IMG/VR virus record: IMGVR_UViG_3300029288_004596
Location: 128,001-192,000 of that record
Strand: one strand, 5' to 3'
Length of the DNA: 64,000 bases
Source of the DNA: a virus
Lineage: Duplodnaviria > Caudoviricetes
A program made the position numbers and the translations under genes. Positions 21,213 through 34,000 of this stretch are shown here, piece after piece; within the stretch, counting starts at the first letter, position 1, and the number at the start of each line of letters is the position of its first letter. The notes beneath the pieces are model-generated. The model was not told the origin of the DNA, did no database searches, and saw only the letters and a program-made list of their open reading frames with translations.

Positions 21213-21694
21213 CAGCGGAACAAGCTTTGTCGAAGTTTGAGGGCGTGGTTGTAAAGCTGCTGCGCCATTATGGAGTTCCTAGTTCCAACTGGGAAGACTG
21301 CATGCAGGAAGGCAGGCTTGGGATACTGAGAGGGTTGAATTCCTATAATCCTGACAGTGGAGCTAGCCTGTTTACATGGGTATATACCCATGTCAGAGGA
21401 GCCGTGAGGGACTACAGGAAGTCCTGTTCTTACAGTCTTCAGCCCCGCAATCCAAGTTATTCTCTAGGCTGTTATGGAACTGTGGGGGCTGCTGTGAAAG
21501 ATGATTATCATCTGGAGGAACAGGCTGTCCTTGAGAAACTGAGTTCCTGTAGGGATGGTTTGAGAAAGCAGTTCATAGTGAACAAACTCTTAGAGGGTTA
21601 TAACCATAAGGAGATAGCCGAGCTTCTCCATGTGGGACAGTCCAGGATGTCTCAGTTAATCTTCGACATCAGAAAGGATATATCTTGCTTATAA
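21209..21694 (+). CDS. RNA polymerase sigma-70 family factor (short, ECF-like)
   Basis: Region 2 EDCMQEGRLGILRGLNSYNPDSGASLFTWV; region 4 HTH GYNHKEIAELLHVGQSRMSQ. Confidence 0.85.
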   Translation: MTAEQALSKFEGVVVKLLRHYGVPSSNWEDCMQEGRLGILRGLNSYNPDSGASLFTWVYTHVRGAVRDYRKSCSYSLQPRNPSYSLGCYGTVGAAVKDDYHLEEQAVLEKLSSCRDGLRKQFIVNKLLEGYNHKEIAELLHVGQSRMSQLIFDIRKDISCL

Positions 21695-22893
21695 GAATAC
21701 TTATTCTTCTGCTCTGCGCTTCCTCCTGTTGCGCTCTAACTCTTCCCGGAGACTACGACTATTCCTTTGGAGAATGGAATCCTGTTATAGAACAATCCAA
21801 ACCTGGGGGCATATTTGTCACTGCCAGGTTTGACGATTTCGATTCTCCGTATCAGGGCTTTAACTTTTCTGTGCTTAAGGACAGCGGGAGGGTCTATCCC
21901 CTGTTGCCTCTGAACAAGTGGGGAATCAATCCCCTAGTTGGTTACAGTTCAGTGTACTATCCTAAAGGTTTTAGCCGTGGAACGGCTTATATGCCAGGTT
22001 ATCCAGCCTATAGTCCTTTATGTTCCCACAGGGTGGAACTTCATGCTCAGATGAGAGCGGAGTCTTCCTTTGGGAACTGGCTATTGCAGACTGACAAGAG
22101 ATGGTCAGCTGAAACCTATGGGAGGTATTCGGACCATACCATAGGCCAGCTGGGATGTTATCTCATGTGTTGTGTTATGCAGATCTCAGCTAATAGCGGG
22201 ATGTCTGTGGATCCTATAGACTTGAATAACTATTTAAAGGAACAGAAGGATGGCTATATGGGCAAAGGTGGTCTGCTGGTGAACCTGCAGGCTGTTGCTC
22301 GTTACGCCACTGAGGAACTTAACTATCCTATGAGGGCATGCACTAGCATGTCTATCAATGAAGCTTTGACTAGAGGGCTTACTGTCCATGCCAAGTGCAA
22401 GGATAGAGGACACTTTGTCTATCCCTATGCCAAGAGATGGAATGGAACTTCCATGGACTACCTTATCTTTGATCCTATGGGAAGAGGACATGTGTCTTCC
22501 ATCCCGGCATATGGGGGTCTTATAGAAGGGGGAGCTAGAGTTCTTATTCCAGTGAGGGAAACCAATCCTGTGGCTGTGCGTCCATCCTTTGCTGATGTGG
22601 GGAATTCCTGTTCTATCGCTGGGTACATGGATGATGGGATGATGTCCTTTGAGTTGTGCAAGAGTCCCACTGAGAGGTACTTCTCTCATATAGAGACTCT
22701 GGAAAACTATTCTGAAAGAATCATAGAAGCTCAGAGCATGGCCCCTGGACTATATAATCTAATAACTTATGGGGCGCCTAATAGAAACTACACTATTATC
22801 CTTTACACTTATGGTTATATAGAGGATGTTATTGTAGTTTCTGGGAATACCTCAGAGTTTGGGGCGGACTGTAAGTTAGTACAGGTGTACTAG
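21685..22893 (+). CDS. Secreted protein with C39-like cysteine peptidase domain
   Basis: Signal peptide; Q.D.RW...TIGQLGCYLMC...GHFV...IFDP (Cys/His/Asp order). Confidence 0.7.
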   Translation: MLIRILILLLCASSCCALTLPGDYDYSFGEWNPVIEQSKPGGIFVTARFDDFDSPYQGFNFSVLKDSGRVYPLLPLNKWGINPLVGYSSVYYPKGFSRGTAYMPGYPAYSPLCSHRVELHAQMRAESSFGNWLLQTDKRWSAETYGRYSDHTIGQLGCYLMCCVMQISANSGMSVDPIDLNNYLKEQKDGYMGKGGLLVNLQAVARYATEELNYPMRACTSMSINEALTRGLTVHAKCKDRGHFVYPYAKRWNGTSMDYLIFDPMGRGHVSSIPAYGGLIEGGARVLIPVRETNPVAVRPSFADVGNSCSIAGYMDDGMMSFELCKSPTERYFSHIETLENYSERIIEAQSMAPGLYNLITYGAPNRNYTIILYTYGYIEDVIVVSGNTSEFGADCKLVQVY

Positions 22894-23544
22894 ATGGATA
22901 ATCATTTTTACCATGGAGATTGTCTCCAACTTCTAGACAAGGTTCCTGACAGGTCTGTGGATCTTATACTGGCTGACCTCCCTTATGGGTGTTTCAAGTC
23001 CTGCAGGAGAGATGTCAGGATTCCTCTGGAGAAACTCTGGCCTATATACCAGAGAGTAATTAAATTTGATGGCGTTATAGCCCTCACCGCTAATGATGAA
23101 CTAATGGCTGATCTTATCTGCATAGGCAGGTCTGCTTTTAAGAGGGCTATTCCTATAATTAAAGATAGACCCACTACTCAGTTTAACAGGGAGAAAAGAG
23201 AACTAGCTATGCATGAGTATCTCCTTCTCTTTTATACACCTCCAGTCACCTTTAATCCTCAGCCTTCCAAGTTTGGGGACTATCATCCGGATTATCTGGA
23301 GGTTGTAGTTGACTGCAGTTCCAAGAGGATGAAGTTCTCCAAGCCTCCTGAGGTTTTCGAGTACGCTATCAAGACCTATTCCAATGAAGGGGATCTTGTG
23401 CTGGATAATACTGCTGGTTCCGGAGCCTCTTTGGGAGTGGCCAGCAAACTGGGGAGAAAGTTTATAGGCATGGAGCTGGACGACACTACTTATTACCTGG
23501 CGTGTTCCAAGCTGCTATGCGAGGGGGTAAAGTTTAGTGATTAG
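22894..23544 (+). CDS. DNA methyltransferase (N4/N6, beta class)
   Basis: GDCL...SVDLILADLPYG; KP...IKTYSNEGDLVLDNTAGSG...GRKFIGMELD. Confidence 0.88.
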   Translation: MDNHFYHGDCLQLLDKVPDRSVDLILADLPYGCFKSCRRDVRIPLEKLWPIYQRVIKFDGVIALTANDELMADLICIGRSAFKRAIPIIKDRPTTQFNREKRELAMHEYLLLFYTPPVTFNPQPSKFGDYHPDYLEVVVDCSSKRMKFSKPPEVFEYAIKTYSNEGDLVLDNTAGSGASLGVASKLGRKFIGMELDDTTYYLACSKLLCEGVKFSD

Positions 23545-23731
23545 TCAGAATGTTTTGCTTGGGATTATAATCATAACTATAGTTATGTCTATGGTTATTC
23601 AGGAACTTAGAGGATACCCAAGGGTTTATCTGAACAAGACCTTCTTTAATGTGGTATCTATCCTTATAGTGATTACTTATATAATCATAGTTGTTCTCTC
23701 ATCTATAGTGGTTATGCGACTGATGTCATGA
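23537..23731 (+). CDS. Small two-TM protein
   Basis: Two hydrophobic segments. Confidence 0.5.
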   Translation: MISQNVLLGIIIITIVMSMVIQELRGYPRVYLNKTFFNVVSILIVITYIIIVVLSSIVVMRLMS

Positions 23732-23853
23732 GGGACAAGGAGAGCAGAAGGATTATATTTGAACTCTATAAGAGGAAGACTCTTATCTACCCTGTGAAGG
23801 GAAGAGGTTCCAAGTATAAGAGGAGACCTAAGCATGTCAAGAGAGACCATTAG
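23728..23853 (+). CDS. Small basic protein, ArfA-like
   Basis: Hand-translated MRDKESRRIIFELYKRKTLIYPVKGRGSKYKRRPKHVKRDH; ATGA overlap; resembles ArfA KGKGSY.R..KH. Confidence 0.5.
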   Translation: MRDKESRRIIFELYKRKTLIYPVKGRGSKYKRRPKHVKRDH

Positions 23854-23871
23854 CGCAAGGAGAACCTGACA

Positions 23872-24813
23872 ATGGATTCCTGCGCAATAAGAGAGCATAT
23901 CGCTAGCAGGAAACATCCTGTAGAAGATAGGTACTCTATTCTATTTACAGTTCATCACCTCTATGGATTCTGGATTTCAGAAGCCAGGAGCGTCGCAGAG
24001 ATATTTATGGAAGGTTCTAATAGGGATGGTGGCACTCATTCGAGATGTGAGTATGGATAGTCTAAGTGAAGAGGTCATGATGATGGATCCTTGTCTTATA
24101 AGAGAGCACCTCATTAAAGGAAGGTTCTTCAGGGAAACCTGGTACTCTATTATGTTTTCAGTTCATGACCTTTATGGCGTCTGGCACACATATGCCAGGA
24201 GTATAATGGAATTCACTGAATATGCCCCTTCCAAGAGAAGCGCCTTCTCAAGGTGCGCATATGGATAGAACTGAACTTGTGGAACTGCTTCAGATTGATT
24301 CCCTTAGATTTACTATTGATAGTCTTGGTTTGTTTGCCCACTACTCTTTAGTGGTTGGCAAGTGGGTCTTTTATTCCCTCTACATAGAGGGGCCCTACAA
24401 GCCTAATCTTCCTAAGAAAGGGAGCGTTGAGGAGTTGATAAGAATAGTAACTATGATAGCCAGGGACTCTGAGAGTAGTTCTATTAGAAGGTGCTACTAT
24501 GGATAAGCCAGCACTAGTGGAGGAGTTTGTTATCAGAGGCAGTAGATCAACCTGCGATTACTCCAGGACTTTCTCTTTCTGGCTGAGCCTGATATCTATC
24601 TATGTGAAGGTGGAGGTCATCAGCCATATGACTAGTTCATCCAGGGATCATGCGTCTCATTTGGAAGTGTATGTAGATCACAGTTTAGATCTAAGTTCCC
24701 ATGTGGGAAAGAGGAAACTAATATCTCCTAAGTCCACTATTCCTCAGATAGTAGACGCTATACTTTTAGGAGTGAATACTGGAGACTCTAGAGTGAGGTG
24801 CAGACGTGGTTGA
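23872..24813 (+). repeat. RxxxG mini-protein array B, block 1 (4 CDS)
   Basis: CDS 23872-24060, 24053-24268, 24261-24506, 24499-24813; end RCEYG, RCAYG, RCYYG, RCRRG; ATGGATA[AG] overlaps. Confidence 0.85.
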
Positions 24814-24937
24814 CCGCCTTGCTCTCTTTGTGTTATTATATTGTAGGTGCATAAGATGAACTTCTTTCCTATATTAGCATGTGTCCTTGTGGGCATGTCC
24901 ATTATTATGATCCTTGTATACTTCTTAAGTAGGCGCC

Positions 24938-25345
24938 ATGAAAACTTTGCTCGTTATTCTTTTAATGTTGAGTGTCATCCCAGCATATGGGTATGTCATA
25001 GAATTCAAGGTGGAGACCGAGTGCTATAACAATTCTATCCCTATCAGTTCTTTTAGCATGTTCTTATACACCCTGCCTTATGGAGTAGATATCTCCGACA
25101 ACACAGGACTGACGCATGGGAGAATTGATGTTTTATCCATGGACTTGTTATGGAACTCAGTTCTCAGGCTTGATGTTAGCTACAGGGAGGTCATCACTAA
25201 GAACATTGTAATCAATGTCAGAGGAGAATTGAATGAAGAAAACATTGCTAGTCCTGGCGCTGTTGCTGGTCCCTATGATCTGTTCAGCGCAAGTTACAGC
25301 CACATGGGAGAGGGCGGGGTGGACCTTAAAGGCGTCCTACCTTAA
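24938..25345 (+). CDS. Secreted hypothetical protein
   Basis: MKTLLVILLMLSVIPAYG signal peptide. Confidence 0.55.
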   Translation: MKTLLVILLMLSVIPAYGYVIEFKVETECYNNSIPISSFSMFLYTLPYGVDISDNTGLTHGRIDVLSMDLLWNSVLRLDVSYREVITKNIVINVRGELNEENIASPGAVAGPYDLFSASYSHMGEGGVDLKGVLP

Positions 25346-25733
25346 TCCCAATCCTGTAGCTGGAAGTTCTATCAGCATTCCATTGGCTGAGACCTATGAG
25401 ATAGATGGGGTTCCAGCCACTACGGCTCCCATAGATATAAACGCTTCTCTCACAGTGGGCTCTTCCACTATTAATAAGCGTTGGTCCACTAAAGGAGCTT
25501 TGACATCTGTGCTTACCTTGGAGGCTCCAGTCACTAACTCAAGTGGAGAAGTTAAACTTTTAACTGATGGAACTCTGAGCGTAAAAGTTATAGCCCCCAA
25601 TGATGGAGTTATACATTCAGTGACATTTAGACTTGTGTATAAAAGTCCATTCATGGCGGCCTGGATGAATCTTATAGTTCAGGCTTATCCCCAGGAAGCG
25701 GCTTTGACCGTGCAGTCCTTGTTCAGTGGATAG
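25233..25733 (+). CDS. Secreted beta-rich hypothetical protein
   Basis: MKKTLLVLALLLVPMICSA signal peptide; GAGGAG RBS; ends in Gly with GTGGATAG overlap into array B. Confidence 0.65.
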   Translation: MKKTLLVLALLLVPMICSAQVTATWERAGWTLKASYLNPNPVAGSSISIPLAETYEIDGVPATTAPIDINASLTVGSSTINKRWSTKGALTSVLTLEAPVTNSSGEVKLLTDGTLSVKVIAPNDGVIHSVTFRLVYKSPFMAAWMNLIVQAYPQEAALTVQSLFSG

Positions 25734-28700
25734 AGCTTGTGTGCTAGAGAATGTAAAGTATGAGCCCCTAGATCCTAGGGGTTTTTCTTATTGTATAGGG
25801 GGCGAGTATCATGTTTTCTTTATAATAGATGGTGGCATTAGCGTCCCAAAGATTGTAAGGGCTGTGGAGAAGCATTTGTCATCTCCTATTATGAGGTGCA
25901 GGTTTGGCTAAGTACTACGTTTCTGCCACGGACAAGTGTGAACGCACGGAGTCTATTATTTGCTATTCCTTCAGGATGGGGATGACTCCCAGCTCCACAG
26001 CCAGTTTCCTAGCTTATGTTTACTCCTTACCTGAGCTTGTCCTCAAGGAAACTGAGGTAAGGTGTCTTCATGGGTAGCGACATCTGCAGACTTGTGGAGT
26101 GCTTCATAGACCTCTTCGGGTACAAGGAATACTCTACTCTCTATTGGGTATATTCTTTCCTTGAAAGAAGGGAGTACCTCACAGATAAGTACAAGGTGAA
26201 GTATGGGTAACAGTGATATCTGTGCGCTTATAGAGTTCTATATATATTGCCTTGAGAAAACAGATAGTGACCTCTTCAGGTGGCTATCCCTCTACCTTGA
26301 CAGCACAGAAGATACCACAGAGTTCTACAGGTTGGACTATGGATAAAGAGTCTCTCGCTCCTAGGGATAGTTGCGACATTATAGAGAACTGTATAGACCG
26401 AGTCTGGAGCTGGGATGTAGATGAGAAAACCGTTGCTGGATGGATCAAAGTTCTGGAGGTCACCAGGGACCTCGGGTATATGCCGGATGACCTAAGGGTG
26501 GAACATGGGTAAGGATATTTGCGAGGTAATAGAATTTTCTATCCGTGACTCCAAGAAGAGCGTTCTCTCCTGGGTATGGTATTACTTAGAAGCCTATCTC
26601 CCTTTCATCACAGACATGTGGAGGTGCAAGCGTGGGTGACGATATCTGCTTTCTGATAGAAGCTTCTATTTATAATTCCCAGAAGAATATTCTTTCTCTG
26701 GTGTGGTATTACCTGGAGGTTATTACCCCTTCCACTTCAGATATGTACAGGTGCAAACGTGGATAATGATATACCAGAACTAGTAGAGTATTATATATGC
26801 ACACTCTCTAAGTATGACCTCATGGAACCTTGTCTAGTATGGCTCCAGGACTACATGGAGGATGCAGATAACAGGATGGATAAGCTCAGGGCAGACTATG
26901 GATAATGATATCTGCGAGTTGGTGGAATACTATATCTGCACATCCTCCAAAGGAACTCCCACTCTTTACTGGGTGAAAGTCTATTTGGAAGAGACTATCC
27001 CTCTTATCTCAGATAGGAGACGGGCTACTTGTGGATAATGACATTTGTGAATTAACAGAGTACTATATAGACTACTGGGTTGAAGGGGAGCTCTTTTCTC
27101 CTCCGGATGTTTCCCGCTGGATCCTGGAGTACCTGGAAGACATGAGAAACTTTGATGATCTCAACAGAGCAGAAGATGGGTAATGACATATGCGAGCTAG
27201 TGGAATACTTTATCTACAACTGGCCATTCAGTGAGCGCATTCTTCCTTGGGTGCAGTATTACTTGGAAGAAAAAGCGCCTTTAGCGTCAGATAAGTATAG
27301 GGTGGAACGTGGATAATGACATATGTGAGTTGGTAGAATGCTATGTTTTCAACTTCTTTGAGGAGTTTCCTTTCATTAGACCATCTGTGCTCTGCTGGGT
27401 AATAAGATACTTAGAGGATCTAGAAAACTTTGATGACGTTGGCAGGGTAAACTATGGATAGAGACATATGTGAATTAATAGAATACTATATAACTGAGAT
27501 CCATTTCCCTAAGCGCACTTACATCACCCTTAGCTGGGCTCATGATATGCTGGAGGACGCCAGCTGCTTGATGGTCAGCAACTACCCTCCATATAGAGTA
27601 GACTATGGATAGAGACATATGTGAAATGGTAGAGCATTTTCTAATTTATGTTCATCCTCATAAGTTCCTTTATGCCTCTAGACACTACCACATGTGTCTC
27701 TTATGGGTATCTGATGCTCTGGGTGTTGTGGAGGACTTCTCAGAAAAGGGCTATCTTTTGTATAGGAACATGTATGGATAAGTGTTTTCTCCTAGATGGG
27801 CTAGCTGCAGACCTGTGTCGAACTATGTACATGGATGACCAGCTGAGGTGGGTAACCTCCTACTTCTGGTTCTACTTTGACATGATTCTAGTTGATGATA
27901 ACGGCGCTAAGTTTACTGTCTATACTCCTGGTTATAAGCATCTTAAAACCCTGCACTTCAAGGAGTCTGGTTTGTCCCTTGATCAGTTGATGGTGCTGGC
28001 AGTAGAATACTTTGAGGCTACCAAGAACAGGTGCAGGTATGGATAGCGATGTCTGTGACCTTGTCGAGTGCTATATATGTGATCGTCTCTATGGATTTGG
28101 AGCTGAGAAACGAGGAGTTCTCGTCTGGCTCCTTTGGTTCCTAGAGGACTTAGATAACTTTGATGATTATTGTAGGGTGCGCAGTGGATAGATGTTCTCT
28201 TCTGGATGAGTTGGACTTAGTATTGTCCCGCCCCTCCCTTAGGTCGAATCCTTTAGGGTGGTTAAATAGCTATATCAGGTTTCGTTTCTATATAACTTTA
28301 GTCCACGGCGATAAAGGAGTTGTGGTTGTGCCTTTAGATAGCATTGTTTACTCTGATGTCCTGGGCTTCAAGGAGGTTGGGTTGACTCTAGATGAAGTGG
28401 TGGGGTTAGTCTTGGATTATTTTCATGTATCCTCGGAGAATAGGTGCATGTATGGATAAGTGCGACCTCGTAGAGACTGTGCTAGTTAGGTGTCTGGACG
28501 TTCCTTGGCGTGTTGTAAGCCCTATAAACTACTGGCACTCTTATCTTAGGATTGATGTGAACCTCGAGAACCTGACTATGAAGCTTAACTATTTCCCAAA
28601 GTATTCAGGTGAGCTCTCTTTCCATGAGTCTACCTCTGTGTTCAATATATTCTATGGAAGGTTTGTATTTGGGCTTGACGCATACAGGTGCGATAATGGA

Positions 28701-31091
28701 TAAGTGTGATGTCATAGAGTGGACCTTGGCTAGATCCTTAGGATTACGCTGGGAGTCTGCGGAATCAATGGACTACTGGTATCGTTACATTAAGATGAAG
28801 GCTTTTGTCCCTTCCAAGACTATGCTCTTTAACTATAGAGGAACCCACTCGGAAACCTTCTCTTTCTATGAGTCTTCAGTATCCTTTAATAACTCCTTCC
28901 TAAAGTTTATAGGAAGATTCAAAGACTATAGGTGTAGGAATGGATAAATGTGTTTACTTAGAAGAAGTGCATAAAGGCCTTGGTCTGGGCAATGCGGCTA
29001 GAGCTGTGGGAGTGGTGATCACTGTGGGAGATGACTATGGCATGATAGCTAATGATCGTCCACTTCCTAGAACATTTAAGAGTCTCTGGCCCACTGATGA
29101 AGTGTGTCTGGATGTGTTTGGTCTGCTGGAACAGCAACCAGAGCACCCAGCAAAGTACAGGGTGTACTTTGGGTGACAACGGAGATATCTGCTCTCTCAT
29201 AGAATATTATATAGCCACCTATTTGTCTGGGGTGTTTAGAGAACATGCTTCCATCCCATATGTAAGCGTATGGGTTGGTGATTACGCTAAGGAATTAGAT
29301 AATTCTAAGTTGAGGTGTGTCTTTGGGTAGCGATATACCAGCATGGATAGAGTGGTATATAACCACCAGTTCTAACTTTCCTGCCAATGTTCTCCACTGG
29401 TATCTGGATCACTTCCTGAACACAGACTTAGGTCCATATACTAGGAATCAAATAGGATAAGCTATGAACTGTGATATCTGCAGGTCAATAGAATCTTGTA
29501 TACTTTATAAATCAAAAGGTCTAAGTATATCTATGTCTACTCTCTGGTATACTCGTAGGTATGTTGACACCTACCCAGAAAACTTGGATAACTCCAGGTT
29601 GAGGTGCTACCTTGGGTAGTGACTTATCAGAACTCATAGAGTGGTTCAACTCTTCCAGTTACTTTTATCCTAAGAGAGATCACTTCCATAACTACTTAGC
29701 CTATTTCATGGCTACTGAACTAGCTAGCGAGGCGAGGTGTGTATCGGGGTGACTTATGGACTATGATATCTGCGAGATAATAGAGTTCTATGTGGAGTGC
29801 TATAGGCAGCATACCTATGGGCCTAGGACTCTTCTACAGGATGTGCGTTGCCGCATTAGCGACTATCCTGATGAACTGAATATGCCAATGTTAAGGACTA
29901 TGTATGGGTAATGATATATCTGAGTGCATAGAGTGGAGTCTGAGTCTGTTCTGTCCCTGCTCTAGAGAAGGTCTCCTAGTTCATCTAGGGTATCTTTTCC
30001 ATACAGAGCTAAGTGACTTCACAAGGTGTATAATGGGATAATGTATGATATAGCTATCTGGATAGAATACTTTCATAACTATGGTTTCCCTGAGGATATG
30101 TTTCATAAGCTTATCCCAGATGGATGGAGTTTCTTCGACTCCTATTGTAGGTGTGTGGCAGGATGAAGTATGATCTTTGTGTGATACTAGAGTACTCTAA
30201 TACATTCAGGTTCTCCGTCCAGGGACTCTCTTATGCTCTCCATGTGTTGGAGGATGAACTCCACTACAGTCCTGTCTATAGGTGTTATCAGGGGTGACTA
30301 TGGATAGACCAGCTATATATGAACAGTGGATAGAGCATGAGGATAATGGTTACTTAATACTTTCTAGTAGGGTTTATCTTCCTTGGGAGGGAGTTCCTAG
30401 GTTGATGACTGACCGTATTATTTTCCCATCTCTTAGAACTCCACCTGGAAGAAGAGAACTTGCTAATAAGATACTAGAGACTCTGGATGGAAATCAGGAA
30501 CTGAGGGTGCACTACGGATGAAATGGGATGTCTGTGTCATGGTGGAATTCTGTATGGATCATGTGATATTTCCTAGAACTGGCCACTATGTCCTTTGTGT
30601 TTTGGAGGATGAGTATCATTATAATCCTATGTACAGGTGCTACTGGGGGTAATCATGGACATCTGTTGGTTAATAGAGTACTATATATACTATGTGGTTA
30701 GAGCTAATAATTCTCGGTGTCTTAAGTCTATCTTGAGAACCCTGGAGGAGGAAGAGTACTGGTCAGATGATCAGGCTAGGGTCAGTCGTGGATAACTATG
30801 GACATATGTGAACTGATAAATACATACATCACTATCATATCCGACTCTAAGCACGCCCTCTGTTTGAACTTTGTCCTTAGAAACCTAGAGGATGAGAGTT
30901 ACTACTATGAGGATGTGAGGTGTGAGTGGGGGTAGGCTATGGGACTGGATTTGTGTGTGGCAATAGAGTTCCTGGCTAGTCACTCCAGCTATGTTGACCC
31001 TGAGAGATCTTATTCAGAGTATGTGTTCAGTTTTATTGATCCCCGGGTCAGACAGTTTAATAATTCTAGCATGAGGAACGTGAATGGCTAA
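25726..31091 (+). repeat. RxxxG mini-protein array B, block 2a (33 CDS)
   Basis: Hand-checked CDS: 25726-25911, 25904-26077, 26070-26210, 26203-26346, 26339-26512, 26505-26639, 26632-26766, 26759-26905, 26898-27038, 27031-27183, 27176-27316, 27309-27461, 27454-27612, 27605-27781, 27774-28046, 28039-28191, 28184-28459, 28452-28703, 28696-28947, 28940-29176, 29169-29330, 29323-29460, 29464-29619, 29612-29752, 29756-29911, 29904-30041, 30041-30166, 30163-30297, 30300-30521, 30518-30652, 30655-30795, 30798-30935, 30939-31091; N-term DICE.[IV]E or DKC..hE, C-term [RK]xxxG. Confidence 0.88.
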
Positions 31092-34000
31092 TGAAGACAT
31101 CTGCGAGATAGTGGAGTACTACCTTGACAGTGCTTTTGATATTGATCCATGTGATATAATGTCATGGATAAAGAGTCTTCTAGAAGCTGAATGGACCGAG
31201 AAATCCCCCATATACATAGGGGACAATGTGTGGTCTACTGTGTTGGATGAGTACAGGAATAGAGAAGGATGAACTTAGATGTCTGTGGGTATATAGAATC
31301 CCTTATAATAATGTCTAATGCTCTTTGGCTACTTTTTCCTATGGACCCTGAGAACATGCTTACCAGATATGATAGTCCAAAGTACAGGTGTAACAACGGA
31401 TGAACCTTGATATTTGCAGACATGTAGAGAGTTATATAAGACTCTGGCCTCACATAGGACTCGATGTCCCTTTTAGGTTAGGTCATATCCTTAGATGTTT
31501 AGCTAGCCCAGGGTACAGGTGCAGGCACGGATGAACGTAGATGTTTGTTATTATATAGAGACTAGTATATCCATGTTGCACTGGCACCATATCAGGTCCT
31601 TGGCCTTCCCTCACGGATTCCAAATATCTGCTGAGAGGATGAATGATAGTAGGTTCAGGTGTGAGAATGGGTAATGATATCTGTGAAATCGTAGAGCACT
31701 TCATCTGGCTCAGGTACAGGAATGGTCCAGAGACATACCGAGCTCCGTTCCTTGTAGCTGTGTCCATAGTCTTAGGGACAGAACATCATCTTGTGGAGGA
31801 TTATGCGTTAAGAAACTTTAGGGGTTAAGATGTTGCTGGATATCTGTAGGATTAGGGAGAGACATATAATCCAGGTCTCTAGATTTAAGTTCACTTGTTC
31901 AGTTAAATTCATTCTTTGGACTAACTCTGGTAGGTTTCATAACTCTAACTTCAGGGTTTGGAATGGATAGACTATGGATATATGCAAACTTATAGAGAGT
32001 TATATAACAGCATGCAAATACGATCCTTTCAATCTTGTGCCCGTCCTTCACTGGGTGAGGAATGTCTTGTCTTCTCCCTCTGAGTGCCCAGAATATATAT
32101 GTCATAGGTGTAAGAATGGATAAACCAACTATATATGAAGAGTGGATAGTAAGCGGCATCTCATGCCTTCAGCTTTCTGAGGAAGTGCATCTGCCTTTGA
32201 ATGGAATTCCTATCCTTCCTAACATCATAGTGACCTTTCCCATAGTCCCTATTGTCCATAGTAGGAAGAAGTACGCTGAGAATGTCCTTCGGACTCTTGA
32301 TTCCTGTCAGAACCTAAGGGTGTATTATGGGTAGCAGGTGCATATGCTCTCTAGTAGAGAGCCTTATCAACGATAGGACTATATATGGTCTCTGGTTAGG
32401 AGCCCTCCTTGAGTGGGCTCTGATAATACTGGAGACTGAGAATCGCCTGGATGATCTCCGAAGGTGCTGCTGTGGATAACTCGGACATCTGCGAACTGAC
32501 AGAGTATATGATAGGACAGTGGATTGTGTATGGACTAGACCCTCCCTTTCCTCAGCCTACATTCTATGGATATCTTCTTGAGATACTGGAGGATGACTTC
32601 TTTGTAGAGGATGAAGTCAGGTGTAAACTTGGATAATGACATCTGTGAGATAATAGAGTACTCTATAGCTGATTGTGAGGTCCGAGACTATATGGAAGGA
32701 GAGTTCATGGATGAAGTCAAGGAGACCATGGAATCTAACTTTCCTTATGAGGACAGGTACAGGTGCTTCCATGGGTAACAATGATATCTGTGAGCTTATC
32801 GAGTATTCTATCTGGGATTACTTTGACTATGTCACTTTACATGAAGGGTTCTTAAAGGATGTGTTAGAGTGGCTAGAGGATACCACCTCTGATGGACACT
32901 GGTATAGGTGCGTAGATGGATAGCTTGGACGTGTGCAATATTATTGAGGAGACTCTCCAGGCTTGGATTATATATGGCGGTTTGAGAAACTATACATTCC
33001 TAGCTGAGGTTCAAGATCTCTTGGAGTGGGAGCTACTTTATGAAGATGTCAGCAGGTGCCGCTATGGATAACCTCAGCACATTCGATATCCCAGTGATGG
33101 TAGAGTCCTACATAGATAAGATTAGGGAGAACATAGAGTATAACCTTCTTTCCATGGTTCTAGTGGACATGGATTGCAGAGGACTGTACTTCTTTCTCAA
33201 TGCGTACAGGGTGTACTATGGATAACGTATATCAGATGTCAATGTCCAGGGTTGTTGAGTATAATATACAGGCTGAATATAATATTTCTTCTCGCCCCTT
33301 TGGATTTCGTTTCCTGAGGGTAGTTACTTGGTATCTTTATAATAGACCATCTGGAGGAGACCTCAGTAATCCAGAGTTCAGAGTATGGTACGGGTAACCT
33401 ATGTTATATGCTATAGCTAGGGATCTCTGTCACCTTATAGAGCTTTCCATTAGGGTAACTTATTCCACTGGCATTGATCTTAAAACTTCATCGAAAATTG
33501 CTTACTTCCTTGACTGTTACTATGACTATTATAATGACTCTGCCAGGAGGTGCTCTCATGGGTAGCGATCTTTGCGCTGGGGTAGAAACTTGTATAGGAA
33601 ACTATTATAGCGCTATATCTGATGTCATCTATAATTATGGGTCTACTCTCAGGTGGCTGTGCGTATACACTGACAAGGTGATGTGGACCTACTTGGAAGA
33701 CAGGAGGTGCAGGCATGGGTAGTGATCTATGCGCTGGGATAGAGCGTTGCATAGGGAACTATTATGGCATTGTATCTAATGTCATTTTCTATTATGGGTC
33801 TACTCTCCGATGGGTGGGACCACATATTAATAAGATTACATGGATCTACAATGAGAGTATGTGGGATGATTCTTCAAGTCGTTTGAACTGGTACAGGTGC
33901 GTAGATGGATAAGTGTGCGTTCTTTGATGGCGTAGCTTATGCTCCTCTAGGAGGAGAACTCATCAAGTTTACCATGGCTATAAAGGGAGTCTTCCCATCC

